Shown in pieces: positions 39,997 to 50,106 of a DNA stretch of 64,000 nucleotides. A model generated the notes under the pieces. The model had not been told where the DNA came from and made no database searches. It saw nothing but the letters and a program-made list of their open reading frames with translations. Made by a program: the position numbers and the translations under genes. Every line of letters begins with the position of its first letter. Position 1 is the stretch's first letter. This DNA is from a virus: the IMG/VR virus record IMGVR_UViG_3300023242_000003, positions 1 to 64,000 of that record; one strand, given 5' to 3'.

Positions 39997-41418
39997 ATGA
40001 GTGTCTTAAATAAAAAAAGAAAAATCTTTGGAAATATTGCTGCCGCTAAGACTTTGACAGAATCGATGCCAAATTTAAAACTAAGCTCATCGTTTCCTTC
40101 GGTTAATAACAATGGGGATAGCATAACTTTCCTAACTGACCTAATCCAATCTTTGATTGGGTATGCTGCGTTAATAAAAGCATTGGTTGACACTCTAACC
40201 CACTCAATCGAAGAAATAGAAGTGGAGGTTAAAAAAGCACTTAAAACAGAATTAAAAAGTATTGTTAGTTGCGGTATAGACCCTAGTTTACCAGCCTTTA
40301 TTAAATCAAACACCACTACTGGTATAGTGATTGAAGTTAAAAAGATTGATTTTTTAGACCTAATGAAAGTTGACCCAACTAGTGTGTCTGGTAAATTAAT
40401 GTATGACGACCCAACAGCTGGTCTGGCTTCAACAGACTTCAATACTTTTTTATATGCGGTTATACAAGATGATGGAAACACCCATACGTGGCAAAACATT
40501 ATTGATTTTAAATTTGTTTCATTAGACCCTAATGGTGTCAACCCTAATAACTCGCTTATTATAAAAGCAAACCCAAGTTTTGATACAAAAACGCTTAATG
40601 ATTTAAACAATAATTTTGTTGATAGTCTTAACTTATTTAATTCTCAAGGGTTAATCAATAAAATAATCGATATTGTTTTTGGTTCTATATCATTTAGTTT
40701 AGGTAAAAGTAGTAAACAATTAGAAGCCGAGGCGAAGATTAATAATGTAGTCGATAAAATAGTCAATACAGATGAAGGTCAAACTATTGGTGATAATTAT
40801 TTTACTTTTGACAACCAAGAAATTTCTAAAATACAAAATGACGTTGATAATAGAAAAAAAGGTATTGTAAAAATTAAATCAGCAACAACATTCGATGCCT
40901 CAATACCCGAAACTAATTTAACTAATTTTAATAATGATATGGGCACTGCGGTTACGGTTCAACAAAAAAAAGAAGTTTTAAATAGTCACTTGGATAAAAT
41001 GGCTGACAAAACAACAATTAATTCGCCAAACCCACAAGATAAACAAACGATTAAATTAAATTTTATTCAAGGAATTATTAGTACTTTGATTAAAGGGATT
41101 GTAAGCGTTATTTTATCACCAAAGGTTGTTCTTATTTTTTTAGTTAATTTTAAAATAGTATACGGCCCAACAGTAACTTATACTGATGGTGTTGATTTTA
41201 TTAAAAAAAACAAAGCTTTAGTTAAAAATATAATAAAAAGAATAACAACTATGATTATTGAAATGTTATTGGCAATTGCGTTGAAAAGAATAGCGGAATT
41301 AATTGGTGAGGCACAAATAAAAAAACAAATTGATGTGTTAAAAAATAAAACCACTCAACTGCTAAGTTTAGTGGGCGTTTCGCAAGAAGCGATTAGAAGA
41401 ATAAAAGGTTTAGGATAA
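39997..41418 (+). CDS. Hypothetical protein (baseplate-region)
   Basis: 473-aa ORF upstream of gp5-like gene. Confidence 0.55.
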   Translation: MSVLNKKRKIFGNIAAAKTLTESMPNLKLSSSFPSVNNNGDSITFLTDLIQSLIGYAALIKALVDTLTHSIEEIEVEVKKALKTELKSIVSCGIDPSLPAFIKSNTTTGIVIEVKKIDFLDLMKVDPTSVSGKLMYDDPTAGLASTDFNTFLYAVIQDDGNTHTWQNIIDFKFVSLDPNGVNPNNSLIIKANPSFDTKTLNDLNNNFVDSLNLFNSQGLINKIIDIVFGSISFSLGKSSKQLEAEAKINNVVDKIVNTDEGQTIGDNYFTFDNQEISKIQNDVDNRKKGIVKIKSATTFDASIPETNLTNFNNDMGTAVTVQQKKEVLNSHLDKMADKTTINSPNPQDKQTIKLNFIQGIISTLIKGIVSVILSPKVVLIFLVNFKIVYGPTVTYTDGVDFIKKNKALVKNIIKRITTMIIEMLLAIALKRIAELIGEAQIKKQIDVLKNKTTQLLSLVGVSQEAIRRIKGLG

Positions 41419-41870
41419 TGGCGTTTAATATAGATAAAAAAGAAGAAATAAAATCGATTAATTCTAGTTTCAATCTAGGTAGTATAAGTGGTGTTTTGAA
41501 CCTTATTTTATCTGCTTTTTCAATACCAGATGAACCTGTTGTTCCATTACCACCACCACTTATATTGATTGGCGCTAAACTAAGACCTGGTGTTTCGGCA
41601 AGTGCAGTTGCTTCTAGAATAATTTCTAGGCAATCAGAAGCTGGAAGACAAGTCGGTGATGTGTTTGCTGATGGTCCTAATAACGAAGAAGCCATGGAAC
41701 TTATTCGAATCGAAGAAATAATCAATGCCGTTTTAACCGAAGCTAAAATAGAGGTTGTAATCCCACCAGGCGTATCCGTTACCACTATTGGTGTTGGTAA
41801 CTTAGGCGCACCAGTTATTTCAAAAGGTGCAACAACTACAATGGGTATAGGTGACGGTGTAATTAGATAA
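41418..41870 (+). CDS. Hypothetical protein (possible spike-associated)
   Basis: 150 aa, Pro/Gly-rich. Confidence 0.55.
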   Translation: MAFNIDKKEEIKSINSSFNLGSISGVLNLILSAFSIPDEPVVPLPPPLILIGAKLRPGVSASAVASRIISRQSEAGRQVGDVFADGPNNEEAMELIRIEEIINAVLTEAKIEVVIPPGVSVTTIGVGNLGAPVISKGATTTMGIGDGVIR

Positions 41871-41881
41871 AACATAAAAAT

Positions 41882-42061
41882 ATGTATGAAGATTTAAAAG
41901 AAAAATCAAACAATGAAATTTTGTTTGAGATAAAACAAATGGAGGCAGACCACGAAGCTATCAAATTAAAAATGTTGCAAGACTATGATAAATTGGTTGA
42001 AATAGAAAAAAAATTTGATGTTGCAAATAAACTAATACTAAAGAGATTAAAAGGGGAATAA
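41882..42061 (+). CDS. Small coiled-coil protein, 59 aa (not in ORF track)
   Basis: MYEDLKEKSNNEILFEIKQMEADHEAIKLKML...LKGE* fills the gap, ending 1 nt before the next ATG. Confidence 0.7.
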   Translation: MYEDLKEKSNNEILFEIKQMEADHEAIKLKMLQDYDKLVEIEKKFDVANKLILKRLKGE

Positions 42062-42062
42062 T

Positions 42063-43040
42063 ATGTATTTTTTTGAAGGTACTAATAAATTAAATAGAGG
42101 CGAAAAAAGCGGATACGAAAACGTAAGTAGTTTTAAGTATTTAAAATATGGTGAAGTTATTTCTATCACAGATGAATTTGGTTTAGGTAGAATAAAAGTT
42201 AGGGTAAAAGGTTCCCAATCAGTTGGGGGTGATGATGGTATATTAAATGCTGATTTACCTTACGCTACACCTATGTTACCTAAATTTTTATCAACATACC
42301 CAAAAATAGGTGAAGCGGTTTGGGTTTTTGTTTTAGACAAAACCAAACAACAAGTTGATAGATTATATATTGGTCCAATAATCTCACAATTAGATAAATT
42401 AAATAGAGATAGCGGGTTAACAACAGCATTGGCTGGTTTCAGTTTTGGACCAATAGCTCCAAAAGTAAATATTGATACAATACCACAACTTAAAGGTGTA
42501 TTTCCAGATTTAGAAGATATATCTATTCAAGGTAGGTTTAACACAGATATAACTCAGAAAAAAAATGAGATAGTTCTTAGGGCTGGTAAATTTGAAAACA
42601 CACCAGTATCGGCAAAAAACCCGTTTCCGTTTCAATTTAACACTAAAACTCAAGCGTTTATCCAAATTAAAAACGATGTTACGATAAATAAAGAAACACG
42701 TGAAAAGGGTACAATCACAAATATTGTCGCTAATAAAATTAATTTAATAACACATAAAGATGGTAGTCCTAGATTTAACGTAACTGACCAAAATAATTTG
42801 GTTAGTGAAGCCGAAATGATTAAAATTTTAGAAGAAGCACACCAGTTACCTTTTGGTGATGTTTTGATTGAATACCTTAAATTATTAAAAGAAGCTTTAT
42901 TTTCTCACGTCCATAACGGTAATGGAAACCCAGCAACCGATTTAACAGCGTCTGGTAATAAACAAGCATTAGCTACTTTTAAATCTAAAGCCGAAGACTT
43001 AGAAAAATCAATGTTATCTAAAAACATTCGCATTAATTAA
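42063..43040 (+). CDS. Baseplate hub/spike protein (gp5/VgrG-like OB fold)
   Basis: D..GLGRIKVRV...P.IGE.V.V; QGRF; H.H near C-terminus. Confidence 0.7.
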   Translation: MYFFEGTNKLNRGEKSGYENVSSFKYLKYGEVISITDEFGLGRIKVRVKGSQSVGGDDGILNADLPYATPMLPKFLSTYPKIGEAVWVFVLDKTKQQVDRLYIGPIISQLDKLNRDSGLTTALAGFSFGPIAPKVNIDTIPQLKGVFPDLEDISIQGRFNTDITQKKNEIVLRAGKFENTPVSAKNPFPFQFNTKTQAFIQIKNDVTINKETREKGTITNIVANKINLITHKDGSPRFNVTDQNNLVSEAEMIKILEEAHQLPFGDVLIEYLKLLKEALFSHVHNGNGNPATDLTASGNKQALATFKSKAEDLEKSMLSKNIRIN

Positions 43041-43071
43041 TCTTCTTAGATATTTATTAATAAAAGATAAA

Positions 43072-44478
43072 ATGGTAATACGAACATACTTCGATAAGAG
43101 CAACACTATCGTCAGCAATACTAACGTTAACACTGGGTTAAACCCAGTAACTGAACTATTCTATGGTGGCACTGACAGTCAACAACGATATAGTAGATTT
43201 TTATTATACTTCGATGAAACTCGAATTAAAGAATTGTATACTGGCGATACATTTACGGATTTAACAAAATTAAAACATACTCTTAGAATGACCAATACTG
43301 GTTCATTTGATAAAGAATTATTAAACAAAAATATGGGTTCAAAAGATAGAACAGCATCTTTTGATTTAATTGCTTTCAAGATTAATCAACCATGGGATAA
43401 CGGTGTTGGTTATGATTATGAGATACCCATATTAACTAACGGTGACGCATCATTTAATAATGGTGTTTCAAACTGGGTGAATGCAAGAACAGGTGTTGAA
43501 TGGGCTAATGGGACTGGGGTTTATTCTGGTTCACCTTCTGGCATTACTGTTTCTACACAACATTTTGATAAAGGAAACGAAAATATTGAAATGGATATAA
43601 GTGATTTCGTTAACGGAGTATTAACTGGTGATACTAATCATGGTTTAGGTATAGCATATTCTAGAGCTTACGAAGCAATAAACACTACCGAATTACAATA
43701 TGTTGGTTTCTTCACAAATAATACTCAAACATTCTACGAACCATTTATCGAAACAACTTATTCTAATCACATTAAAGATGATAGGAATGATTTTTATTTG
43801 GATAAGAACAACAAATTATTTTTATATGTAAATTTAGCTGGTAACCCACATAACTTAGATTTTAAACCAACAGTAGATATATACGATAATAACGATGTTT
43901 TATTTTCTGGTTTTTCGGATACTGAAGTAAATCATGTAACCAAAGGAGTTTACTCAATAGATTTATTGGTGCCAACCACTACTGAAAATATAGAAACCAT
44001 GTATACTGATACTTGGTCTAATATATATATTGATGGTGTTGCTAGACCAGATATTTCATTGGATTTTGTCGTTAAAGACTCTTTAGGGTATTATAACATC
44101 GGTAACACTGATTATCTACCCAAAAAAGTTGGGTTGACTGTTTCTGGTGTTAAACATAATGAAAAAATTAAACGTGGTGATATAAGAAAAATTTTAGTTT
44201 CTGCTAGAATACCTTATACTGTTGAACAAAATCAAAAAATAAGTGATTTAGAATATAGGTTATATGTTAAAGAAGGTTCAGCTGAATTAACCGTTATAGA
44301 TTTTCAACCAGTTGAAGCCACCCCAAACAATTATTATTTTTTAATAGATACTAGTAGTCTTATACCAAATATTTATTATTTAGATATAAAAGTTACATCT
44401 AACCTAGATGTGACTACGATTAAAGAAAATATTAAATTTGAGATTGTCAATCAAGTTGACCTTAGAAATTCTCAATAA
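43072..44478 (+). CDS. Putative virion structural protein
   Basis: SRFLLYFD...WDNGVG (DNRLRE-like) and KGVY.I segment. Confidence 0.55.
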   Translation: MVIRTYFDKSNTIVSNTNVNTGLNPVTELFYGGTDSQQRYSRFLLYFDETRIKELYTGDTFTDLTKLKHTLRMTNTGSFDKELLNKNMGSKDRTASFDLIAFKINQPWDNGVGYDYEIPILTNGDASFNNGVSNWVNARTGVEWANGTGVYSGSPSGITVSTQHFDKGNENIEMDISDFVNGVLTGDTNHGLGIAYSRAYEAINTTELQYVGFFTNNTQTFYEPFIETTYSNHIKDDRNDFYLDKNNKLFLYVNLAGNPHNLDFKPTVDIYDNNDVLFSGFSDTEVNHVTKGVYSIDLLVPTTTENIETMYTDTWSNIYIDGVARPDISLDFVVKDSLGYYNIGNTDYLPKKVGLTVSGVKHNEKIKRGDIRKILVSARIPYTVEQNQKISDLEYRLYVKEGSAELTVIDFQPVEATPNNYYFLIDTSSLIPNIYYLDIKVTSNLDVTTIKENIKFEIVNQVDLRNSQ

Positions 44479-44530
44479 AAGCTTGACAAAAAATAATTTT
44501 GTCGTATATTTATTATTACGTTAACTCACG

Positions 44531-44588
44531 TATTAGTTTCGAGTCATTATTTGACTTTAGAGTTGTTAAAGCAACAAAGAAATTAGTA
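44531..44588 (+). ncRNA. Candidate structured 5' leader (three-way junction)
   Basis: Outer stem TATTAGTTTC/GAAATTAGTA encloses hairpins GAGTCA-TTATT-TGACTT and GTTGT-TAAA-GCAAC (pairing done by eye). Confidence 0.4.
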
Positions 44589-44619
44589 CAATAATAACAA
44601 CTATTAAAAGTTAAATAAA

Positions 44620-45528
44620 ATGAAAAAACAAATGATTAGTGGTCCGTCTAAAACGGTACCAACAGCAAACATTGCTGTAAACAAAAGTAGAATAAAAGTC
44701 TACAACAAAGAAGGCGAAATGCCATCCTATTATCTTCAAAGCGGACAAGAGTTCCAAATTGAAATCTTTAACCCAACAACAGAAGTTGTGTTGGCAAAAA
44801 TCACACTAAATAATAAATCCTTATCTCAAGGTGGGTTGGTATTAAATCCTGGCCAGAGAATATTCTTAGACCGTTACTTAGACGTTGCTAAAAAATTCTT
44901 GTTCGATACTTACGAAGTGTCAAACACTAGCGAAGTAAAAAAAGCCATAGAAAACAATGGTGACGTTAAGGTAGAATTTTTTAAAGAAAAAGTACAACAA
45001 TACTATGGTGGCATACTAAAAAGACAAGGAAGCCGCACAATATTCGGTGGTCCAACGTTTACCACAAACACTGGTGGTTATGTTCACTATAGTACAACTA
45101 ATGATATTGATGGTATGGGTTCTTTTACTTCACTAAATAGTAATTTTATCGGGTTAACGGCTCTTAATAGTTCAAGTATTGCCACGACAGATTCGATAGA
45201 TTTGTTAGCTCTAGGTGATGTAACTTACACACAAAGAACTGTACCCATCAAAGATAGTAAATTAAAACCGCTATCTAGTATTACTCGTTCAGCAAAAATA
45301 ATTGAAACTGGTAGAGTTGAACAAGGTTCTAGTTCTGACCAAAAATTTAAAACGGTAAACAAAGAATTTGATTACTTTGCTTTCCATGTGGTAGAATATA
45401 AACTTCTTCCAGTATCACAAAAAATAAACACAGTCGAAGATTTAAACGTTAAAGTTTACTGTACAAACTGTGGTGCAAAATTAGGTAAAGGACATAATTT
45501 CTGTTCTAGCTGTGGTACAAAAGCTTAA
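44620..45528 (+). CDS. Hypothetical protein with C-terminal zinc ribbon
   Basis: YCTNCG...FCSSCG C-terminus; IETGRVEQG motif. Confidence 0.7.
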   Translation: MKKQMISGPSKTVPTANIAVNKSRIKVYNKEGEMPSYYLQSGQEFQIEIFNPTTEVVLAKITLNNKSLSQGGLVLNPGQRIFLDRYLDVAKKFLFDTYEVSNTSEVKKAIENNGDVKVEFFKEKVQQYYGGILKRQGSRTIFGGPTFTTNTGGYVHYSTTNDIDGMGSFTSLNSNFIGLTALNSSSIATTDSIDLLALGDVTYTQRTVPIKDSKLKPLSSITRSAKIIETGRVEQGSSSDQKFKTVNKEFDYFAFHVVEYKLLPVSQKINTVEDLNVKVYCTNCGAKLGKGHNFCSSCGTKA

Positions 45529-45552
45529 ATAAAATATAAGAGTTAACGTAAT

Positions 45553-45584
45553 AAAAAAAGCCTAGGTAATTCTAGGCTTTTTTT
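45553..45584. terminator. Bidirectional terminator
   Basis: AAAAAAGCCTAG-GTAATT-CTAGGCTTTTTT between convergent genes. Confidence 0.8.
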
Positions 45585-45586
45585 AT

Positions 45587-46234
45587 TTAATCTAGTTTAA
45601 TTATCGTTTTGTTTAGTTTGAATACGTCATTTAATTCTTTTACTGTAGTTTTGGTTATTAACCCATTTATATTAGAACCAATCCAACAGAATACTTTTTC
45701 ATCAATATAAACGACTTTGAAGAACGACATAGGGATTGGTATTTTTGATTTACCCATGTATGTGGTCTTTTTACCGTCATAGATGACTCCTGTGACAATA
45801 ATAGCGTCTTTCTTGTACTTGGCTATAGAATCTTCAACAGAACGTTCTATTTGGGCCCATTTACCTCTATTAAAAGCTGCTAGTTGTGGCGCTGCATTAA
45901 ATAAACTAAAAGACCTATGGTTTAATTCATTATTATAAGAAGTAATATGTGATGGTGTTAAGTGTCCAATATCATAACCAGTTCTTAAATAATAATCTTT
46001 TGTATATTTTCCTTTGTAGGTGTCTTGAAACCATCTATTGTCTCTTTCTTTATCTAATTTTAAAAAGTCAGAATAAGTTATCACATGTTTAGAGGCTAAA
46101 GCGCATGTGTCTTTTGTTAGATATAAAGTAATATCTCCATGTGAGATGGTTAATTTATTATCTATCGTAATTGTTTGACCAATCGAAACTATGGATACCA
46201 GACCTAACCCCAATATTAATAATTTTTTAACCAT
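45587..46234 (-). CDS. DNA/RNA non-specific endonuclease with signal peptide
   Basis: GYDIGHL.P (DRGH-like), NAAPQ..FNRG.W..E, IP..FFKV; hydrophobic N-terminus followed by Q. Confidence 0.85.
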   Translation of the reverse strand: MVKKLLILGLGLVSIVSIGQTITIDNKLTISHGDITLYLTKDTCALASKHVITYSDFLKLDKERDNRWFQDTYKGKYTKDYYLRTGYDIGHLTPSHITSYNNELNHRSFSLFNAAPQLAAFNRGKWAQIERSVEDSIAKYKKDAIIVTGVIYDGKKTTYMGKSKIPIPMSFFKVVYIDEKVFCWIGSNINGLITKTTVKELNDVFKLNKTIIKLD

Positions 46235-46308
46235 AACTTTTTTATTATAATGAGTAACTATAAATAATAAAGTAAAAACTACATTAACTATTGGTTTTTT
46301 AAGTTATT

Positions 46309-46857
46309 TTAAAGTTCTATTCTATTAAATTTATTATCAAAAAACGGTATGTCACCAATACTTGCTTTAAATTCATTAAAAATATCGGGTTCATGCGTTT
46401 TAAGGTATTCAATCATATTACTACCTATTTTTGAGTTATCGGTAGAATCTCTAATACCTAAAATATACTTGCTTAACCCGTTAAGTGGTCCAATTAAGAA
46501 TTCTTCGGATTCAACATAATTATTTCTTGTTACCGATGATTTACTTGGGGCTTTTCCACCATAATAATCGTAAGGGATTAATTTATTACCATAATCTCGT
46601 TTAATTAAATCACCATCTAAAATTAATTGAGCATCACCAAATACAACATCTTTATTCCTAGTAAAAGACACCCCAGTATATTTTCTATCCTCTTTATTAA
46701 ATTTTGTTTTTATTGTTTGAGTAGTTCTAGCTTCAATCTTATTAATTGATAACATATTCATAACTGCATCGATGTGGGATGAATGGTATATTAAATTTCT
46801 ACCCCTAAATGGTGAATTAAAATTCTCTCTTAATAATTTTTTAATTAATGTTTTCAT
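46309..46857 (-). CDS. Hypothetical protein, possible ADP-ribosyltransferase-like fold
   Basis: IYHSS...VSFTR...ESEE spacing; N-terminal IKKLLRE. Confidence 0.4.
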   Translation of the reverse strand: MKTLIKKLLRENFNSPFRGRNLIYHSSHIDAVMNMLSINKIEARTTQTIKTKFNKEDRKYTGVSFTRNKDVVFGDAQLILDGDLIKRDYGNKLIPYDYYGGKAPSKSSVTRNNYVESEEFLIGPLNGLSKYILGIRDSTDNSKIGSNMIEYLKTHEPDIFNEFKASIGDIPFFDNKFNRIEL

Positions 46858-46904
46858 ATAAATATAAATATATGATATTCAGTAATAGTTAAATATATAA
46901 AATA

Positions 46905-46934
46905 AAAAAGGCTACCGTTATGGTAGCCTTTTTT
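46905..46934 (-). terminator. Terminator after major capsid gene
   Basis: AAAAAGGCTACC-GTTAT-GGTAGCCTTTTT. Confidence 0.8.
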
Positions 46935-46954
46935 ATTTTATAGCGTTAATTAGA

Positions 46955-48781
46955 TTATCTTAATTCTCTTACGTCAAATGTAGGTACACCGTCTACTCTT
47001 ACGTGACCGTAAAAACGGTTGTTCACAACTTTCTTAGCGTAACGTGTCATGATACCTTTAACTGGCGCAAAGTTGAACGGGTTGTACATCGTTGGCGTTA
47101 ATTGTAATGGTACGTATGGAGCGTAGATATAACCAGTATCAAGTAAAGATTTACCTTTGTGACCAATGATTACTGAGTAAGATGGCGCATAAGGGTCTCT
47201 GTATACTTGGAAACGTCCAGATAATGAACCGATTCTTTCGATACCCATGTTATATTGGTCTTGCTCTGGGTTAGCATCACTTACGTGGAAGTATTCTAAA
47301 TCATCAAAGATAGCAGAGATTTCAGAAGAAACTACGATAAAGTTAGCACCACCTCTAAGAGTAGATTTGTGGATTTGAGCAGAAACTTGGGTTAATCTAG
47401 TGATTAAAGTTTGGTTCCAGTCTTTTTGTGTGTATGGGCTAGCAGCTGAAGAAGCACTTCTCCATCCGTTATAGTCCCAACGTAATTGCCATGCAGCAGC
47501 TTTACGGATATCTCTAAGGATTTCACGGTCAATCTCAGCAGCAACTTGTTCTGATAACATAGCTGTTAATTCAGCTTCAGCATCAATGTTGTGGAATGCA
47601 CTAACGTCTTGAGCAAGCTCTGGAGACCAAGTAGCACGTAATTTTCTTTCTTCAACAACAACAACAACTTCGTCTAATCTGAAAGATACTTCTCCCATTT
47701 CAGTTTCAAGTTCTAATGTTGCATATCTTGCCCATGCAGATGTAAAAGTAAATGCAGATACAGTAGAAGCAGAAGCACCAACGTAACCATCATAAGTTGT
47801 AGTTCCAGCAGCAGCAGCAGTTCCAGCAGCAGTTGTTCCTACAGGGTGACGTAAGTCTAATTCTAAGAAACATACACCAGTTCCATCAGTTAATGCGTTA
47901 GAACCAGATACGATACCTTTACCATATTGTTGGGTAACAAGACGGAAAGGAATTTCTTTACCAGCAGCAATAATTGTGTTTGCGTCTCTATCTAAGATAG
48001 CGTTAGTAGACAATACGTGTAATGAAGCTAAGAAAGATTCAGTATCCATTTGGTTACCATCAGCACCTGTCATTACTTCTCTACCGTTAGTTGTTAAACC
48101 AGCTGAGAAACCAGAAATACCAACAATGATACCTCTTAATGAACCATCAGTTGCAGTTGGTAAAGTAGCACTAGGAGCAGCAATAGCGAAAGCACCGTCA
48201 ACACCCATAGTGTAAACTTGATTAGCACCAGCAACAATTGTTAAAGTACCTTTTGAGTTATCAAATAAACCATCGTTATAGAATGCATCGTATAAGTTTT
48301 TTCCGATGAATTGAGTAACTGCACAGTTAGTTTGGTCGATACAAGATGGAACACCACCGTTCATTGCTGTATGAGCAGAGAAAGTAGTACCATAAGCACC
48401 ACCAGTAGCATAATTATCACCAGCTACACCAGCAGCATCTACACGAGATGAAGTTTGTGGTACGAAGTAAAATAATTTACCGATTGGCATGTTCATAGCT
48501 TGTACAGACACGATGTCGTTAGCTAATAATTTAGAGAATACTCTACGTACAATTGGGAATACAACTGTTTCGAAAGAACCAGAAGATTGTGTAGTAGTAC
48601 CTTCACTTAATAATGTAGATGCTTGGTTTTCATATAACTGAGCAATGTTTTCTTTAACGTGTCCTTTTAGACCGTCTAGGAATCCTAATGAATCCCATTT
48701 AGATTGTGTTTCTTTACGGATAGCCTTCATGTGGTTTAATCCGATGTTACCAACCTGTCCAGATGCTAATAAATGTGACAT
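46955..48781 (-). CDS. Major capsid protein (T4 gp23-like)
   Basis: IVSVQAM..P.G..F, RKL.A.WS.ELAQD..A.H.IDAEAEL, YAPYVPL and GIMTRY. Confidence 0.95.
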   Translation of the reverse strand: MSHLLASGQVGNIGLNHMKAIRKETQSKWDSLGFLDGLKGHVKENIAQLYENQASTLLSEGTTTQSSGSFETVVFPIVRRVFSKLLANDIVSVQAMNMPIGKLFYFVPQTSSRVDAAGVAGDNYATGGAYGTTFSAHTAMNGGVPSCIDQTNCAVTQFIGKNLYDAFYNDGLFDNSKGTLTIVAGANQVYTMGVDGAFAIAAPSATLPTATDGSLRGIIVGISGFSAGLTTNGREVMTGADGNQMDTESFLASLHVLSTNAILDRDANTIIAAGKEIPFRLVTQQYGKGIVSGSNALTDGTGVCFLELDLRHPVGTTAAGTAAAAGTTTYDGYVGASASTVSAFTFTSAWARYATLELETEMGEVSFRLDEVVVVVEERKLRATWSPELAQDVSAFHNIDAEAELTAMLSEQVAAEIDREILRDIRKAAAWQLRWDYNGWRSASSAASPYTQKDWNQTLITRLTQVSAQIHKSTLRGGANFIVVSSEISAIFDDLEYFHVSDANPEQDQYNMGIERIGSLSGRFQVYRDPYAPSYSVIIGHKGKSLLDTGYIYAPYVPLQLTPTMYNPFNFAPVKGIMTRYAKKVVNNRFYGHVRVDGVPTFDVRELR

Positions 48782-48817
48782 AATTTGTTTTTGTTTTATT
48801 TTTTATTGTTAGGGTTA

Positions 48818-49984
48818 TTATCTTTTTTCAACTCTGTTAATCAAATCCATGATTCTCTTCGTTGAAGGGTCAACATAAGCAGTGCTTTCATTTAATTGTT
48901 TTGAAGTACTAGTAGTTGCCTCTTTAATAATTTTACGCTCAATCGATTCGTTGATTGGTTTTCTTGTATCCAATTCGTTAGCGATTGTTTTGTAAAGTTT
49001 TTTTGATTCTTTAAGGTTAGAAACCTCTTCATCAAATCTTTTTATAATATTTTGTTTTTCACCTTTTGTAGTTGAATGTTCCATTAACAATTTAGTTACA
49101 TATGTAAGGTTAGAATTAAACACCACAGTTTCTACTAACTTAGTTCTAAATTCTTTAAGAGCAGCTCTGAATTCTTCGTTCTCCCCTTTAAGTTTTCTAG
49201 CTTCAATCAATAAACTATTATATTTTTTTGTTGTTTCAAAAACTAATTGTTTCGCTTTTGTAGATTCGTTTACCGATTTAGGGTTTTCTGGAGCTCCGAT
49301 AGAACCAGGTCCTCTTTTGTTACGGTGAGTACCTTGACTCATTCCCGTACCAACGCCAATTTTTTCTTCGATTGCCTCAATCTCTTCTTCTTCTTCTTCT
49401 TCTTCATCAGCTGGTACTAAGTCATCTGGCGTTTCTGATTCATCATTATCATCATCCATCTCAATTTCGTATTCAACATCGTCAGTTCCTTCTAAATCTT
49501 CACCACCCATTTCAGCTGGTTCTAATTCTAATTCTTCTTCCTCTGCTCCTACACCATCAAGTTTAACTACGTATTCACCTGGTTCAGCGATATTCATGTG
49601 GATTTCATCACCCACGATTTCGATTTCGTCTTCGCCACTTAATTTTTTATAAATTGCGATTACTTCATCATCCGATGCTTCGGTCATATCCATTTCTTCT
49701 CCACCTAACACGTCTGTGTCCATTCCTAATTCAGAGCCCATTTCTGGTCCCTCTTTTGGGGTTTCAATGTCGCCTAAGCTATCGTCTTCTTCACCACCCA
49801 TTTCAGCTGGTTCCAATTCCAATTCTTCTTCTTCATAAACCTCGTATAGAGATTCTTTCACCACACCATTAATTTCTTCTTTAGCAACGCTACGAAGTAT
49901 TTCTTTAGTGTTGGCATTAAGAGCGTTTTGAATATTTTTGATATCCAATAATGCTTCTTCAATTATAGATTTTTTATCTGCCAT
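48818..49984 (-). CDS. Prohead scaffold/core protein (gp22-like), acidic
   Basis: Between protease and capsid genes; likely start MADKKSII at 49984 rather than 50041; duplicated EEEELELEPAEMGGE. Confidence 0.72.
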   Translation of the reverse strand: MADKKSIIEEALLDIKNIQNALNANTKEILRSVAKEEINGVVKESLYEVYEEEELELEPAEMGGEEDDSLGDIETPKEGPEMGSELGMDTDVLGGEEMDMTEASDDEVIAIYKKLSGEDEIEIVGDEIHMNIAEPGEYVVKLDGVGAEEEELELEPAEMGGEDLEGTDDVEYEIEMDDDNDESETPDDLVPADEEEEEEEEIEAIEEKIGVGTGMSQGTHRNKRGPGSIGAPENPKSVNESTKAKQLVFETTKKYNSLLIEARKLKGENEEFRAALKEFRTKLVETVVFNSNLTYVTKLLMEHSTTKGEKQNIIKRFDEEVSNLKESKKLYKTIANELDTRKPINESIERKIIKEATTSTSKQLNESTAYVDPSTKRIMDLINRVEKR

Positions 49985-50106
49985 TTTTTTTTTTATCTTT
50001 TTTAGTTTTATTTTATAGATAAAGAATGAGATAGAACTCATTTGTTAATAAATATACGTTATTTCATTAAAAATCATTTTTTCAATAAAAATGATTAAAA
50101 AAAATC

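Larger units (their letters stand above)
44513..45554. repeat. 15-bp perfect inverted repeat bracketing a gene
   Basis: TTATTACGTTAACTC (44513-44527) / GAGTTAACGTAATAA (45540-45554). Confidence 0.85.

Noticed and set aside
44531-44588. Hammerhead ribozyme
   Set aside because: Three-stem geometry and GAAA are present, but the CUGANGA core is missing
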